DNA from: Octopus sinensis
Lineage: Eukaryota
Assembly (NCBI RefSeq): GCF_006345805.1
Contig: NC_043003.1
Span: 59,086,001 to 59,150,000 of the forward strand
DNA: 64,000 nucleotides
Direction of reading: 5' to 3'
A program made the position numbers and the translations under genes. Below, in pieces: positions 63,590 to 64,000 of the stretch. The notes beneath the pieces are model-generated. The model was not told the DNA's origin and did no database searches. It saw nothing but the letters and a program-made list of their open reading frames with translations. How positions within the stretch are numbered: position 1 is the first letter of the stretch; every line of letters begins with the position of its first letter.

Positions 63590-64000
63590 TGACGTAAGAT
63601 TGACTATGTCATCATACACACCCAAGATCACAAGGATGTGCACCTAACACGTGTCATAACAAATGTAGATGATTACTGGACGGAACACCGTTTAATACGA
63701 CGGAGTGAGTTGAATTGATTTGTTCGAACATGGCAATTCATCTCACACTAAAGAGACGTCTGCAACAGAAACGATGCCAGCGGGAAATCAACCATAAGTC
63801 TCTATGAGATCCTGCAAAAGCAGAGCTACCTCTGCAGCCCCGAGATGATAAACTGTCATCCACAAGCTTGGACGTTGAGACACTGTTGAGAGCTCACAGC
63901 ACACTCTAAAAGCAATCATCTCTGCAGCTTGTCAGATGTCCTTGGGCTTTACAGCAAGAAAACACTAAGATTTGTTTGCTGAGAACACTACCCTAATCAA
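63590..64000 (+). mobile_element. RTE-clade LINE relic (APE endonuclease end and linker), running off the window
   Basis: IDYVIIHTQDHKDVHLTRVITNVDDYWTEHRLI matches the APE C-terminus. LGFTARKH*DLFAEN matches the RTE-type RKHQDWFDEN motif. Confidence 0.8.

Noticed and set aside
4032-63592. Dozens of ORFs rich in YI, HT, CV, LS, MYVC or TDGR repeats
   Set aside because: They are translations of (TA)n, (CA)n, (GA)n, (TATG)n and (GACG)n microsatellites that happen to lack stops.

Overview
AT-rich, microsatellite-dense eukaryotic DNA with no recognisable intact host gene. The SINE and microsatellite profile suggests a cephalopod (Octopus-like) genome, but that is inference. Nearly all ORFs in the track are microsatellite artefacts or transposon relics. 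Contents: three tRNA-type SINE groups (some as TSD-flanked multimers, some with swapped modules); decayed DNA transposons (TRT/DD37E-like Tc1, other Tc1, mariner, hAT) and MITEs; a Penelope-like GIY-YIG relic; RTE and HERO-like LINE relics; a pile-up of about 8 R4/Dong-like fragments in (TAA)n; and a tandem pair of a ~550-bp non-coding element in (TAA)n. The most notable signal is a set of minimal type-I hammerhead-ribozyme-like motifs in elements next to (TA)n. Three carry the uncommon compensatory U3:A8 core (UUGAUAA instead of CUGANGA): one near-intact at 27117-27159 and an outward-facing pair in a ~500-bp foldback element at 40039-40542. A candidate ARE/CCAAT/TATA promoter lies at ~22.7 kb. 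All calls were made by eye and boundaries are approximate unless exact motifs are quoted.
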